A DNA stretch of 64,000 nucleotides from an uncultured Actinomycetes bacterium (GTDB lineage: Bacteria > Actinomycetota > Thermoleophilia > RBG-16-64-13), in contig CAVPLM010000011.1 of assembly GCA_963706025.1 (NCBI GenBank), forward strand, positions 32,001 to 96,000, written 5' to 3'. Positions within the stretch are counted from its first letter, which is position 1; each line of letters begins with the position of its first letter. The position numbers were made by a program, and so were the translations under genes. Under the pieces are notes generated by a model. It saw nothing but the letters and a program-made list of their open reading frames with translations, was not told the DNA's origin and searched no databases. Shown here in pieces: positions 10,363-21,844 of this stretch.

Positions 10363-11036
10363 GTGCGAGTCTTGGTAGTGGAGGATGATCGCAAGCTGGC
10401 CCGCCTTGTCGCCCGAGTCGTGAGCGGCGAGGGGATGGACGTCGACCTCGCTCATGACGGCGACGAGGGCATTGAGCACGCGCTGCGGGGGACCTATGAC
10501 GTGATCGTCGTCGACTGGATGCTCCCCGGACGGGACGGACATCGCTCTGCCGGGCGGTCCGGGCCAACCGGCTCCCGACCGGCATTCTCATGCTCACCGC
10601 CCGCGGACAACTGGAAGACCGCGTGATGGGTCTGGACAGCGGGGCCGACGACTACCTGGTCAAACCCTTCGCATTCGAGGAGCTCCTGGCCCGCATCCGA
10701 GCGCTTGCGCGGCGAAACACGGCCGCTGCCGTCACCGATTCGTGGGAACTGAGATACCAGGATCTGGTGCTCGACCTCCGTGCACGCTCGGCCCGTCGGG
10801 GCGACACCGCGATCGAGCTCACTCCCACAGAGTGGCGCCTCCTAGAGTTCTTCCTCCGCCACCCCGGCCAAGCGCTTTCTCGTCGGCAGATCGTTGATTA
10901 CGTCTGGTCATACGGCGACCCGGTTCAACTTACTCAGGTGGACGTGTTCGTCTCCTTCGTGCGGCGCAAGCTTCATCGTCGCGGACAGCCTGAGTTGATA
11001 ACTACCGTGCGCGGCGTCGGCTATCGTCTAGGTTAG
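10363..11036 (+). CDS. OmpR-family response regulator (frame break ~10540)
   Basis: VLVVEDD, DWMLPG, MLTARG, GADDYLVKPF, TVRGVGY. Confidence 0.92.
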
Positions 11037-12509
11037 GTGGGGGGCAACTTGTTCAAGGGACTGCGCTTTCGCCTGACCGCCACCTATGTCGCAGCCGCTC
11101 TGGGTTTGGTCCTGCTTATGGGACTGGGAACCTATGGACTGCTCCGCTACTACTTCCAGTCCGACAACGACGCTGCCCTACGGTATCGGGTGGCATTGGA
11201 ATACGAGAGTCTACGGGATAGAACCGCCTCCGGACCTGCGAGGCCGCCAAGAGAGGACTGGCAGTCTCGCCATAGACGAAGTGGAGGCTGACTCCGCCCT
11301 TCCCCCCGGGCTCGCCCGTAAGGCAGAAGGGGGTGAGGATAGATGAGCCGGATGAGGTGAGCGAACCCGGAGACGAGGGGCGGTCCGCCGTGGAAGACAT
11401 ATCCCGATTCCGAGCTCGCTCCCCTGTTCGTGCTCCACCTGGATGCGAACGGCAACCTAGTGGCAGATCTCTCCTCCTCCGAGAACGAGTTGCCCGCTCC
11501 CTGTCGCCGAGGGACACGAGGCCGCAGCCGGCGTTCCCGACGTACGCACGGCGACGCTGGCGGACGGCACGCGAGGTCAGGGTGGCCACTTATCGCTTAC
11601 CAACGGCGGCCGTCTCGAATAGCCAGCCGATCGCTTACATCCAAGTGGGACGCCTGCTGGCCGACCAGGACCGCGTGCTCGGCCAGATCCTGCTTACGGT
11701 GCTTCTGGCCTGCGGGGGGGCGGCGATCGTTGTCGGCCTGGCCAGCTGGTATCTCGCCGGCCGGTCTCTCGGGCCGGCGCGAAAGGCCTGGGAGCAGCAG
11801 CAGGTCTTCGTCGCCAACGCAAGTCATGAGCTCCGGACACCTGTGACCCTCATCCGTGCCAGCGCGGAGTACGCCTTAAGACAGTGCCCGGCGACCGGCA
11901 ATCGCTGAACGGCCCGGCGGAGAGGCTTCCCCCGACCCGGGCATGGCAGAGGTGCTCACAGATGTTGTCACAGAGACCGATCACCTCAGCCGACTTGTCG
12001 ACGACCTTGTTCTTCTCTCGCGTATCGACGCCGGCAAGATCGACTTGGAGGTCCAACCGCTCTCGGTCACCGAGCTGTTCTCAGACCTTTCCCGCTCCTT
12101 CGGGAGGCTGGCGGAGCAGAAAGGAGTGATCTTCCGGAGCACCGCGAACGAGCGGAACCGTCCGTACCGACCGCACGCGGCTTCGCCAGGTGATCCTCAT
12201 CCTTCTTGACAATGCGCTTCGCCACACCCCTCCCGGGGGCGCCGTTCGCTCGATGCCAACGTGTGAGGGACGAAGAGTCACGGTAGTCGTAGCCGATACG
12301 GGCAGCGGGATCGCTCCCGAAGACCTGCCGCACGTCTTCGATCGCTTCTATCAGGCTCGCGCGTCGATCAGAAGAGAGCCGAGGAAGCGGACTCGGGTCT
12401 CTCCATTGCAAAGAGCCTAGCGGAGGCCCTCAAGGGACGAATCGACGTAGCCAGTAGCCCTGGCGAGGGAACACGGGTGACCCTATCCCTGCCCCGCGCG
12501 GACGCATAG
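11037..12509 (+). CDS. Sensor histidine kinase (several frame breaks)
   Basis: Two TMs, FVANASHELRTP H-box, LLDNALRHTP N-box, DTGSGI, FDRFY. Confidence 0.88.
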
Positions 12510-12513
12510 CCAG

Positions 12514-14648
12514 CTACACCGCCACCAATATCGGCCGGTGGCAGCGCAGGCAGCGGTCGGCCTCGGCGGTCACCTGCTCCAGCGTGTAGCCCAGCTCGGT
12601 TGGGTCGAAGGTGTGTTTGCGCACCTCGGGCGGCAGCATCGGCATCTTCTGGCGTTCGCCGTAGTCGACGCAATCGGACAGCGGTTCCACGCTCTTCTGG
12701 GCTCCCAGATAGACGGCCAGCCGCCGGGTCTTGTCCTCGATATCCTCGACCACCGGCTCGCCCCGCAGGTACTTGTCGATGTACTTCGCCGCCACCTTGC
12801 CCGCGTTGATGGCCTCGATCACCGTCCCGCCACCGCTCACCGCGTCGCCGCCCACGAACACGCCGGGTTTGCTGGTCATGAGGGTGTAGGGATCGCACTC
12901 CATGTAGCCGTACTTGTTGAGCTTGATCGCTTCATCCCCTTGGAAAGGTTCAAAATCTGGTTTCTGTCCTACCGCGGCCAAGACGCTGGAGGCCGTGAGC
13001 ACGAACGGGGCCATGTCGGTCGGGACGGGGCGCCGCCTGCCGCTCTCGTCGGGTTCCCCCAGTTCCATCTGCTGGCAGACCAGCGTCTCCACCCCGTCTT
13101 CGCCCACGCACTGCATGGGAGCGGCCAGGTAGTGGAAGACCACGCCCTCTTCCTCCGCCTCCTCGATCTCCCAGGCGTTGGCCGGCATCTCGTCCCGGGT
13201 GCGGCGGTAGACCACGGTGACGTTCTTCGCTCCCAGACGGATGGCGGTGCGGGCCGCGTCCATGGCCGAGTTACCCCCGCCCAGCACCAGAACGTCGTCG
13301 CCGATCTCCACCTCTTCGTGGAGCGCGACCTTGCGCAGGAACTCGATGGCGTCCAAGGAGCCCGGAAGATCTTCGCCGGGGATGCCCAGCGGCCGGCCCA
13401 GGTGGGCGCCGAGGGCCACGAAGGTGGCCTCGAAGCCCTGGGCTTCCAGGTCCTCCCAGGAGATGTCGCGACCCAATCGGGTGTTGTAGCGGATCTCGAC
13501 GCCTTCCTGCTCGATGAGCTCGGCCTCCCGGTGGATCACATCGCGGGGAAGCCGGTACTCGGGGATGCCCACGTGCACCATGCCCCCCGGCACCGGCAGG
13601 TCTTCGAAGATCACGGGCGCGTATCCGCGGCGGGCCAGGTAGTAGCCGGCGGAGAGCCCGGCCGGCCCGGCCCCGATGATGGCCACCTTCTTGCCGCACG
13701 CCGCCTGCTTGTCGTCGAGCCGGCAGCTCACCTCGACAGGCCGCTGGCTCATCTGGACGGTGGTCAGCTCGCTCACCTCATGCGGACCACCCGCGATGAG
13801 CGCCGCGCCGCCGGCGGCCTCCACACCTCCGGCTCGGCGCCGGCCGTCGGGTCGGCCAGACACCCCGAGATACAGCGGTCGTCGACCAGGTCTTCCGCCC
13901 GGTCGGCGCACCAGCGCTTGATGTTGTTGATGGCCACCGGCTTGCCGGTCGGCGCGAGGGTGCAGTTCTCCTCACAGGGGTGCGGACAGGTACGGCCGAT
14001 GATCGCCGGCAGAGGGTTGTCCCGCTTGACGATGGTCGTGGCCAGATGAGGATGCTCTTCCAGAGCCTGGAAGATATAGGCGGCGCAGTCCACCGTGGAG
14101 GGGCACGTGGAGCGGCACGGGGCGGTGACCCAGCCGTGGGTGGTCTCGGGCCCACAGGCAGCGCCGGCGGCGTGCTCGAAGAAATGCTCGGCTCCCAGAT
14201 CGAGCAACGCCAAGATGGGGTCGCGGATGGTGTTGGCTATCCCGCACCAGGCAGAGTCGTCGATACATTCGGCCAGGTGCCGGATCTGACCGACGGTCTC
14301 CTCCCCCCCTTCACCGACGGCGAGCTTCTCGAACAGCTCCCGCATGATGTCCACGCCGATACGGCAAGGCCCGCAGCGGCCGCAGGATTCCTCTTGGATG
14401 AGGCGCAGGTATTGACGGGCGAGATCGACCAGGCATACATCGCCGTTCACCACGACACCCCGCCAGGAGACCACCGCTTTGACGTCCTGCATGTCGGCCT
14501 GCTGAAGACGGTCTAGAACCTGTTCTGCCTCTGGACCCTGGTATCGCTCCGACAAGATCGCCACGGGCCCTTCACTCGTCACTGCTGGCGCCTGGGCCGT
14601 TCCCACCAAAGCCTCCTTGACTCTCGCTTCGTAGCCGATCTCGGTCAC
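12514..14648 (-). CDS. NuoF-type 4Fe-4S domain fused to GltD/SudA-like FAD/NAD(P) oxidoreductase (frame break ~13790)
   Basis: ESCGRCGPCRIG..C, APCRSTCP, GRTCPHPCEENC, GAGPAG, GGGNSAMD, EADRCLRC. Confidence 0.88.
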
Positions 14649-15064
14649 CGATCCCGCCGCGGGGCGACTTCAGATCGATAGCCGGGCCCGCCGAGAGGGC
14701 CGGGCCGATCCGAACCGGATCCCGGGCACCCGGAGTCCCGATGATATCGCATCGAACCGCCCTACGCCCACGCGCGCGGCAGGCGCACCCACGCCGTGGA
14801 GCCCAGCGAGCCTGGGCGACGCCGGCCTGGGCGGCCGGGCCGAGCCTGTGCAGCTCAAGGCCATGTGCGGCCGACGACCTGGGCCCGGCAAGGCGATCCG
14901 CGACCGCGCCGGGCCGCAGCGCTGCCGCAGGCTCCGCGCCGCGGCGACCCAAGCGCGGGCCCCAGCGTGCCGCGAGCCGAGCGTGTCGGACCCGCGTGCC
15001 ATCGGCGATACAATCGGCGGAGCGAGGCGATCAGGCACTCCGACACCGGGGAGAAGGAGCGGAT

Positions 15065-15562
15065 ATGGAAAGGCTGTGGGCGCCGTGGAGGCTGGAGTAC
15101 ATCACCCAAGAGAAGTCGGGAGGATGCATCTTCTGCGAGAAACCCCTGGCCGGCGACGACCGCGCCGCATACATCGTGCGGCGGGGCACCCATGCCTTCG
15201 TGATGCTGAACACCTTCCCCTACAACAACGGCCACATCATGGTGGCGCCGTACGCCCACCTGGCCGACCTGGAGGACCTACCGCCTCACACCCTGCACGA
15301 GATGATGGACCTGTCCCAGCAGTGCACCCGGGCCCTCAAGCTGGTCTTCAGTCCCGACGGCCTCAATCTCGGCTTCAACCTGGGAGCGGCGGCCGGCGCC
15401 GGCATCAAGGATCATCTCCACCTGCACCTGGTGCCCCGCTGGCAGGGTGACACCAACTTCATGCCGGTGCTCGCCGACGTCCGGGTGATCCCCCAGTCGC
15501 TGGATGAGTCGTATGAGCTGCTCTCCAAAGCGTTCGCAGGTTTGGAGCGCTCGGAGGAGTAG
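15065..15562 (+). CDS. HIT family nucleotide hydrolase (Ap4A phosphorylase-like)
   Basis: LWAPWRLEYI, CIFC, NTFPYNNGH, HLHLHLVPRW. Confidence 0.93.
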   Translation: MERLWAPWRLEYITQEKSGGCIFCEKPLAGDDRAAYIVRRGTHAFVMLNTFPYNNGHIMVAPYAHLADLEDLPPHTLHEMMDLSQQCTRALKLVFSPDGLNLGFNLGAAAGAGIKDHLHLHLVPRWQGDTNFMPVLADVRVIPQSLDESYELLSKAFAGLERSEE

Positions 15563-15646
15563 GCGGGCGCTCCACCGCCGGCACGGACGCGATCTCAGGC
15601 CGGCCTTCCCCGGCGGCGTGCCTTCGCCACCGCGTCGAGGCCGGTA

Positions 15647-16462
15647 CTACTCCGAGGAGAACTTGTGCCGCGGCACGGTGATGGGCGCCTCACCCTTCAC
15701 GCTCGAAACGACATCCCAGGCTTTGTCGATGTTCTCCGCGGTCCCTTCCAGAAGCAAGACCACCGCACCCTCACTCCCGCCGATGCCGCCGCTGGCCACG
15801 TGCCGAGCCTTGACCCCCGCCAGTATGCCCAGAGCCTGGATCTCGGTCACGACCAGACCGCAGGTCACCGGAACGAGCCAGACGTTCTCGCCCATGCTGC
15901 GATAGAGGGTGAGCTGGCCCCATCCGGCCGCGGCCTCAGGCACCGAAGGCACCAGCTTCTCCAAGCCTACGGGGAAGATGATGGGCAGTCCCCGCACGGC
16001 GATGAAGCTGAGGAGCGCCCCGATCGTCCCCGCCTGCGGGTTGCTGGCCAGGACGCCCGCGTTCCCCTGCGGATCCACGGCATTGGCACCCTTGATCACG
16101 GCATCGCCCTTCTCGAAGGTATCGAGAAAGGCCAGGACTTCCATCTCCACCCGCTCACCCTTCACGAAGAAACGCGCGACTTCGCGATCGTCCTTATGGC
16201 TGGTGGTCAACATGCCGTCGGCCACCATGCCGATGCAATATGAGTAGGGCGGCAGCTTCTCGCCGGTCAGCTCCTCCAGTACCAGGGCGCTGGTCGAGCA
16301 GGTCGATACGGAGAGTCTGCCGTTGGCGTAGGCGTTCTTGATCTCGGGGAGGCCGGCCACCGTCTTTGCCAGCAGGCGCTTCGATTCCGCCGGGTTCAAC
16401 ACCAACGTGGCCTGCTTGACCTGCGACGGGTCGGTCGGGGCATATTGGACTGGATAGAACAT
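15647..16462 (-). CDS. Conserved hypothetical protein
   Basis: Clean 271-aa ORF with GAGGTGG RBS; IKGANAVD, GGIGGSEG motifs. Confidence 0.75.
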   Translation of the reverse strand: MFYPVQYAPTDPSQVKQATLVLNPAESKRLLAKTVAGLPEIKNAYANGRLSVSTCSTSALVLEELTGEKLPPYSYCIGMVADGMLTTSHKDDREVARFFVKGERVEMEVLAFLDTFEKGDAVIKGANAVDPQGNAGVLASNPQAGTIGALLSFIAVRGLPIIFPVGLEKLVPSVPEAAAGWGQLTLYRSMGENVWLVPVTCGLVVTEIQALGILAGVKARHVASGGIGGSEGAVVLLLEGTAENIDKAWDVVSSVKGEAPITVPRHKFSSE

Positions 16463-16600
16463 GCTCTACCACCACCTCGTCTCTGGATGTGCACAAGTGC
16501 GATGAACAAGCATACCGCGCCCGGCCGCCTCAGACCGGGTAGCAGCGACGGATGCGGCGCGCTAAGTGCCGTCCGAGCGCCTCTCCCCCCGGCCGCGACC

Positions 16601-17774
16601 TTAACCAGAGGCTTCCTCGAGCCGCAGCAACTCGGCCAGCGCCCGCTCCCCTACTTCGAGCTGCTCGGCGGTGGGCTCGGTGGTGGTAAGGCTTCTCTGG
16701 AGGGCGCGGCCGGGCAGGAGCAACAGTCTTGCGAGTATCGAATCGCCGTTCCTGGTCGCCCAGCGCAGAGCCTCCAGAGCCGCGCCCAGGCTGACCGCCC
16801 CGGCGATGGCCGACGCCGCGGGCGTCTTGCGGCCGGAGCGTCCGCGCACCAGCAGGTTGGTGGCCACGGTCGCCAGCAAGTAGGGCCCGACCAAGTTCGA
16901 GCCGCAGCGGTCGTGCTCCTTGGCCGCGGCGGCCGAAGCCGAGGGACGCGGTCTGGACGAGGCAGACGCTGCGGCCGCTCCGCCGGGCCCCTCGCGCCCG
17001 GCCGTCGAGGCAGACGGTGCGGCCGCCCCGCCGTGCGCTTCGCGCCCGCTCTGCGAGGCGAGCGGAACGGCTCCAGAGCCCGGGGCGTCTGGAGCGGCTC
17101 CAGGGGCCCGGCCTAGCGGAGCGGCTCCGGAGGCGGCTCCAGACGCCGGTGACGGCCTGGTCGAGCGCAACGCCGCCTCTCGTCCGCCGATCACCTTGTG
17201 CTCCGCGCCGTGGTATCCCGAGATACGGGAGTTCTTGAGAGCCAGCACAGCCGGCACGAAAGCGGCCAGCGCGATCCCCGTCTCTTGCACGAGCGCCGAT
17301 CTCGGCGCCAGGGCTTTCACGGCCGATGTCGCCGCTATCGACCCGATCAGGGCCCCCGCTACCCTTCCACCCTCAAGGGGGAGCTCCGCCTGAGGAAGCT
17401 TGATCTTCACTTCGGCCAGCACCAGCAGACTCTCACCGAACCGACTCAGACCGCGGAGCAGGGGCACGCCTTCACCGCCCTCGCCGCCCCAGCCGGCTTC
17501 GCCTCGGGCTACGCCGCCCCGGCCAACGCCGCCGCGGCCAAAGCCCCGCGCCCCCGCGTGGCCGACCAAGCCGCCGCGGCCCCCGTGGCCGCTCAGACCG
17601 CCCCCAGGCAATCGGGGTTTGCGCCCCGAGGCCACGCTGATATCCCCGCCCGTGTTCCGGACGGCGGCAGCCCAGTAGCGCTCTGTAGATCACCACCACG
17701 CCATTCTTGAGAGCGATGCCGCCCATTCGCGGCGGCTGAGTCTTCGGCGGCTGGATCCTCGATGGCCGGCTCAC
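16601..17774 (-). CDS. DUF1385 family membrane protein with Ala-rich insertions (frame break ~17685)
   Basis: MGGIALKNGV start, YHGAEHK, HDRCGSN, TTTEPTAEQLEV. Confidence 0.8.
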
Positions 17775-19141
17775 TTGTCCTCCCCCACCCCGGCCGCTGC
17801 CGGAGTCAGTTCTTCCCGAGTGCCGGACGCGGTCGCGGCGGCCGCCACCCAAGCCATGCCGGCACTGGTGTGTAATCCGAGCGCGGCTTCCGCGGCCGCC
17901 TCCCTAGCCTCGCAGCGCCGCGCCCCCGACGCCACCGCCGCGGCCCGGGCGGCCCTGGCCCGCCGGCCGGCCGCGGCTCGATAGGGAAGGTAGATGACCA
18001 ACGTCAGCCCGATCCCGGCCAGACCCGCCACCAGGAAGAGCCGGGTGATACCCAGTGCCTCCCCCAGCACTCCGCCCAGGAGAAAGCCGGCGGTGGTCCC
18101 CATCTGGCCGAATCCGGCCCGCACCGCTATCAGCCGGCCCTTGTCCCTTGCCGCCGGCGTCTGCTGGAACATCGTGATCGAGGGCACGAAGATCCCCACG
18201 TTCGCCATTCCGCCGAGACCCATCAATACAACCGACAGGTAGAAGAAGTCGCTGAAGCTCACCGCCACCAGACAGATCCCCATGGCCACCAGCGAAAAGG
18301 CCACGTAGCGGTTCTTGTCCCCCCGGAGCGACAGGCGGCTGAAGACCAGCCCTCCCACGATCAGACCGGACGCCACGAAGATCTCCAGGACCGCCAGTCC
18401 CGATGCCCCCCGATCGAACACGTCCAGGGCCAGCCCGTAGGAGTTGGGCACGCTCATCATGACGGCTGCCGCCGCTATGGTAGCCAGCAACAGATTGACG
18501 CGCAGTCCGGGCTGCCGCCACAAGCGACCCAGCACCTTCGGAGCCTCGACGATGAGCGGCACCAATCGCGGCACCGGTCCTATCCGCGGCAAGGCCTTGG
18601 GGAGTCCCAGCAAGAGAAGACCCGACACCAGGTAGCTGGCCGCATCGATCATGAAGGTCAGGGTGTAGCCCACATAGGTAACCAGCACGCCGGCCGCCAG
18701 AAAGCCCATCAGCTCGGCTCCATCTCGGGAGACACTCAAGTAGGAATTGGCCTTCACCAGGTGCTCCCCGTCGACCAACTCGCCCACCAGCTTGATCTGC
18801 CCGGGATTGAACAGGGCCGAGCACACCCCGATGAGCGCCGCCACCAGATAGATCAGCCCCACCGCCTCCTGGGCCAGGAAGGGCATGGAGAAGATGAGCG
18901 CCGCCCGGACGACATCCGCGAGCACCATGACGTTCTTGGCGCTGAACCGGTCGAGCACGGCTCCGCCGACGAAGCTGGTCACCACCAGGGGGAAGGTGGA
19001 GATGGCCATGACCCCGCCCATGTGCAGCACCGACCCGGTGAGCTGGTACACCATGAAGGCCAGGGCCACGGTGGACATCGAGGTCCCGAGGCTGGATAGA
19101 GCCTGCGCGACTAGGATCCGGCCGAGCACGCGAAAACGCAT
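17771..19141 (-). CDS. MFS transporter
   Basis: ~12 hydrophobic segments, GAVLDRFSAK motif A. Confidence 0.92.
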   Translation of the reverse strand: MRFRVLGRILVAQALSSLGTSMSTVALAFMVYQLTGSVLHMGGVMAISTFPLVVTSFVGGAVLDRFSAKNVMVLADVVRAALIFSMPFLAQEAVGLIYLVAALIGVCSALFNPGQIKLVGELVDGEHLVKANSYLSVSRDGAELMGFLAAGVLVTYVGYTLTFMIDAASYLVSGLLLLGLPKALPRIGPVPRLVPLIVEAPKVLGRLWRQPGLRVNLLLATIAAAAVMMSVPNSYGLALDVFDRGASGLAVLEIFVASGLIVGGLVFSRLSLRGDKNRYVAFSLVAMGICLVAVSFSDFFYLSVVLMGLGGMANVGIFVPSITMFQQTPAARDKGRLIAVRAGFGQMGTTAGFLLGGVLGEALGITRLFLVAGLAGIGLTLVIYLPYRAAAGRRARAARAAAVASGARRCEAREAAAEAALGLHTSAGMAWVAAAATASGTREELTPAAAGVGEDK

Positions 19142-19261
19142 GGTCCTCCCAAACTGGGCGACATTCCAACAGATCTGGATTCGCCCGCCGCGGCGGGAAT
19201 CCTGGAGTCCCCGCGCTGCCGGTCCGCCGAGGTGGCGCGGCCGGAAGCGCCCCGCCTGGGC

Positions 19262-20774
19262 CTACGCGGCCGCCCCCGCCGCCTCGTCCTCTGTCTCGGG
19301 AGGCAACTCTCGCTCCCGGAGGAACTTGACCTTCTGGAACTCCAGGAGGAAGTCTACCTTCTCGCCCCGACGATAGTCGTCGTCGTGGGAGTCGAGAAGC
19401 TCGAGGAAGCAGTCCACCACCGCGGGATCGAACTGGGTGCCCTTGTTGTTGACCAGCTCCGATATGGCTACCTCGGTGGAGAGCTTGGACCGGTAGGGAC
19501 GGTCGCTGACCATGGCCGAGTAGCTGTCGGCCACGCAGAGGATGCGGCTGATGAAGGGGATCTCTTCGCCGGCCAACCCCACGGGATAGCCCTTGCCGTC
19601 GTAGCGCTCGTGGTGATAGAGCACCACTTTGGCCAGCTCCCGGAACTCCCCGATCTTGCTGAGGATGTTGGCCCCATCCCGGGAATGGGACTCCACCATG
19701 GCCCTGCCGATCGCGTCCAGCTTGCCCGAGGACTTGAGCGCCTCGTCCAGCATCACGATCTTGCCGACGTCGTGCATGAGGCTGGCCACGTGGGTCAGGC
19801 TCACCTCGTACTCGCTCAGGCCGAAGCTCTGGGCCATGTCCATGGCCCAGCGGGCGACGGCCGCCGAATGCTTGCGGGTGTAGTTGTCCCTGACGTCCAA
19901 GAGCGGTCACCAGGCTGGCGACGGCCTCCAGGGCCAGACGCTCGTTGCGTACGGCGAGGCGCGCGTTGTACTGGGCCAGCTCCCGCTGATGGGCGTAGGC
20001 CCGGAAGGCGTAGATGAGCCCCAGCACGGGAAGGAGGGAGACGATGATCAGCAGGGTGGATTTGAATAGCAGCCCCGGTGGTCCCGGCGGGAACCGCAAG
20101 GACGTAGTTGCGATAGATGAAGATCAGGCCCAGGCTGATGGCGAGGAAGAAGAAGTGGAAGGGCAGGAAGGGCTGAAAACCTTCCAGCCAACAGCGCTCT
20201 TCGGCGTGACTCCTCTGCGCAGCCACACCACAGGGCACGAAGACCACGAAATTCAGAACCTGAAAGAGCGATACCGGCAAGAAGCCCGATGCCAGCCACC
20301 ACCACTTCTGATGCGCCGAACTCGGCCAGCTAGAGCCCAGTAGAAGAGACCCGATCACTCCCGCGAGCGTCGCAAAGGCGCTTGCAAAGAACAGTCCCTT
20401 CTGCCAGTCTTTCCGCCGAAAGATCCATAGTTGGCTGATCGCGGCAACCACGAAGGCCCCAAGTGGACCGACGATCGCGGCAGCAAGGAAGAAGGCAAGA
20501 AACCCCGCGGACACCTCCGACCTGCGACCGAATTGCCACCCTGTACCTTTCCGTGAATAGCCCTACCGCGATAAGGAGGATAAGGCCGGGCCAGGCAAAT
20601 ACCTGCGGGGAAACGGAGGAAGGCCACTTGACCTGGGCCAACGACCAGGAACACGAGAAGCGCAATAGCGGACGCCGCCATAACGCCAACATAGAGCCCG
20701 AGCAAACTCGTTCGCCGCAGCGGAGACCAGACGATGCTCGGGCTCGACACGCTAGCGATGCTTCCCCGGCCCAT
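19262..20774 (-). CDS. Membrane-anchored HD-GYP c-di-GMP phosphodiesterase (several frame breaks)
   Basis: N-terminal multi-TM fragments; HSAAVA, HDVGKI, HHERYDGKGYP, SDRPYR. Confidence 0.85.
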
Positions 20775-21095
20775 AGACTCACCTGCTGAGTGCTTCAGTC
20801 CATGTAGTCTATCGGCGCGGGATTCCGGAGCCTTAACGCTCCGGCGTTCTTAGCGAACGATGACTACCAACTCGCGTATCTCATTCCTTTCTCCTCTCGC
20901 GCGAAATGGTCGGCGGAGACTGCTACTCCGAATCCGCTGAAGCGCGGTGGGCTAGCCCCGACGGCTCCCTTCTCCTTCTGGGCATGCCCACACGGTCCCA
21001 TTCACCGCATGGACTCCCAGTTCAGACCCTCAAGTCCCCCATCCGGACCTTGATGAGGATCTCCCAGCATGTCCAAAGAACACATTGTGCATACT

Positions 21096-21124
21096 AGCCT
21101 AACTACAAGATCTCGACTTGTCAA
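21096..21124 (-). promoter_or_regulatory. Sigma70-type promoter towards the HD-GYP gene
   Basis: TTGACA-17 bp-TAGGCT on minus strand in an AT-richer intergenic region. Confidence 0.6.
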
Positions 21125-21549
21125 TGATTATGATACGAACTATGAGGCAATTGTGAGAACCAGGTCCAAGCTATGCTTAACGTAGGAGTGAACTATTATT
21201 CCTAAGGTATAACTAACGATGTTAGGATTTGGGATAAATGGTTCCTTCTTGTCGTTATGGTGAAAGAAATGCCGCAAGACACTCGGTGTTTTGCGGAGCA
21301 CCAGGGCGGACTGGATAAGACAACAAGGGATTGGCTTTTTCGTCAAGAGTGACTTGCTTGTCATGGATTGACGTTTCCGCCACGTTCGGGGGACTTAGGC
21401 AACTCGGGGGAGCCAAGCCGGTCAGCGTCTCCGGAGGTCCCCTTGCCCTCGTTGTCGCCCCCGGTTCTTCTCCTCCGTCTTCTCTGCCAATCCCGACCGG
21501 CTATTATGCACCTCGTAGGAGCGACCCCACACCGGAGCCAACGGCAGGC

Positions 21550-21775
21550 ATGACCACCCTCAGCATCCTCAGCTATCTCTCGCGTGCCTATCACGCCAAT
21601 CCCGAGGCCGAGGTCTCCGGGGTCGAGCTTCAGCGCGAGTTGGGCTTGGACGCGGCCACGGTCCAGGCGTGCTGTGGCCGAACTGGCCCGTCAGGGTCTG
21701 GTGGAGTGGGATCCCCTGCTCAGTAACATCTGGCTCCGCATCACCGACAAAGGCTTGGCGGCGGCGCGTCGGTAG
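21550..21775 (+). CDS. Small winged-helix-like protein (frame break ~21670)
   Basis: MTTLSILSYL...ELQRELGLD..AVAELARQGLVEW...LRITDKG. Confidence 0.6.
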
Positions 21776-21844
21776 CCCTGAGCCGCTGCGCCCCGATTGC
21801 CCTGAGCGACCACCCCCGGACCACCCCCAGGCCGCCCCTACCCC

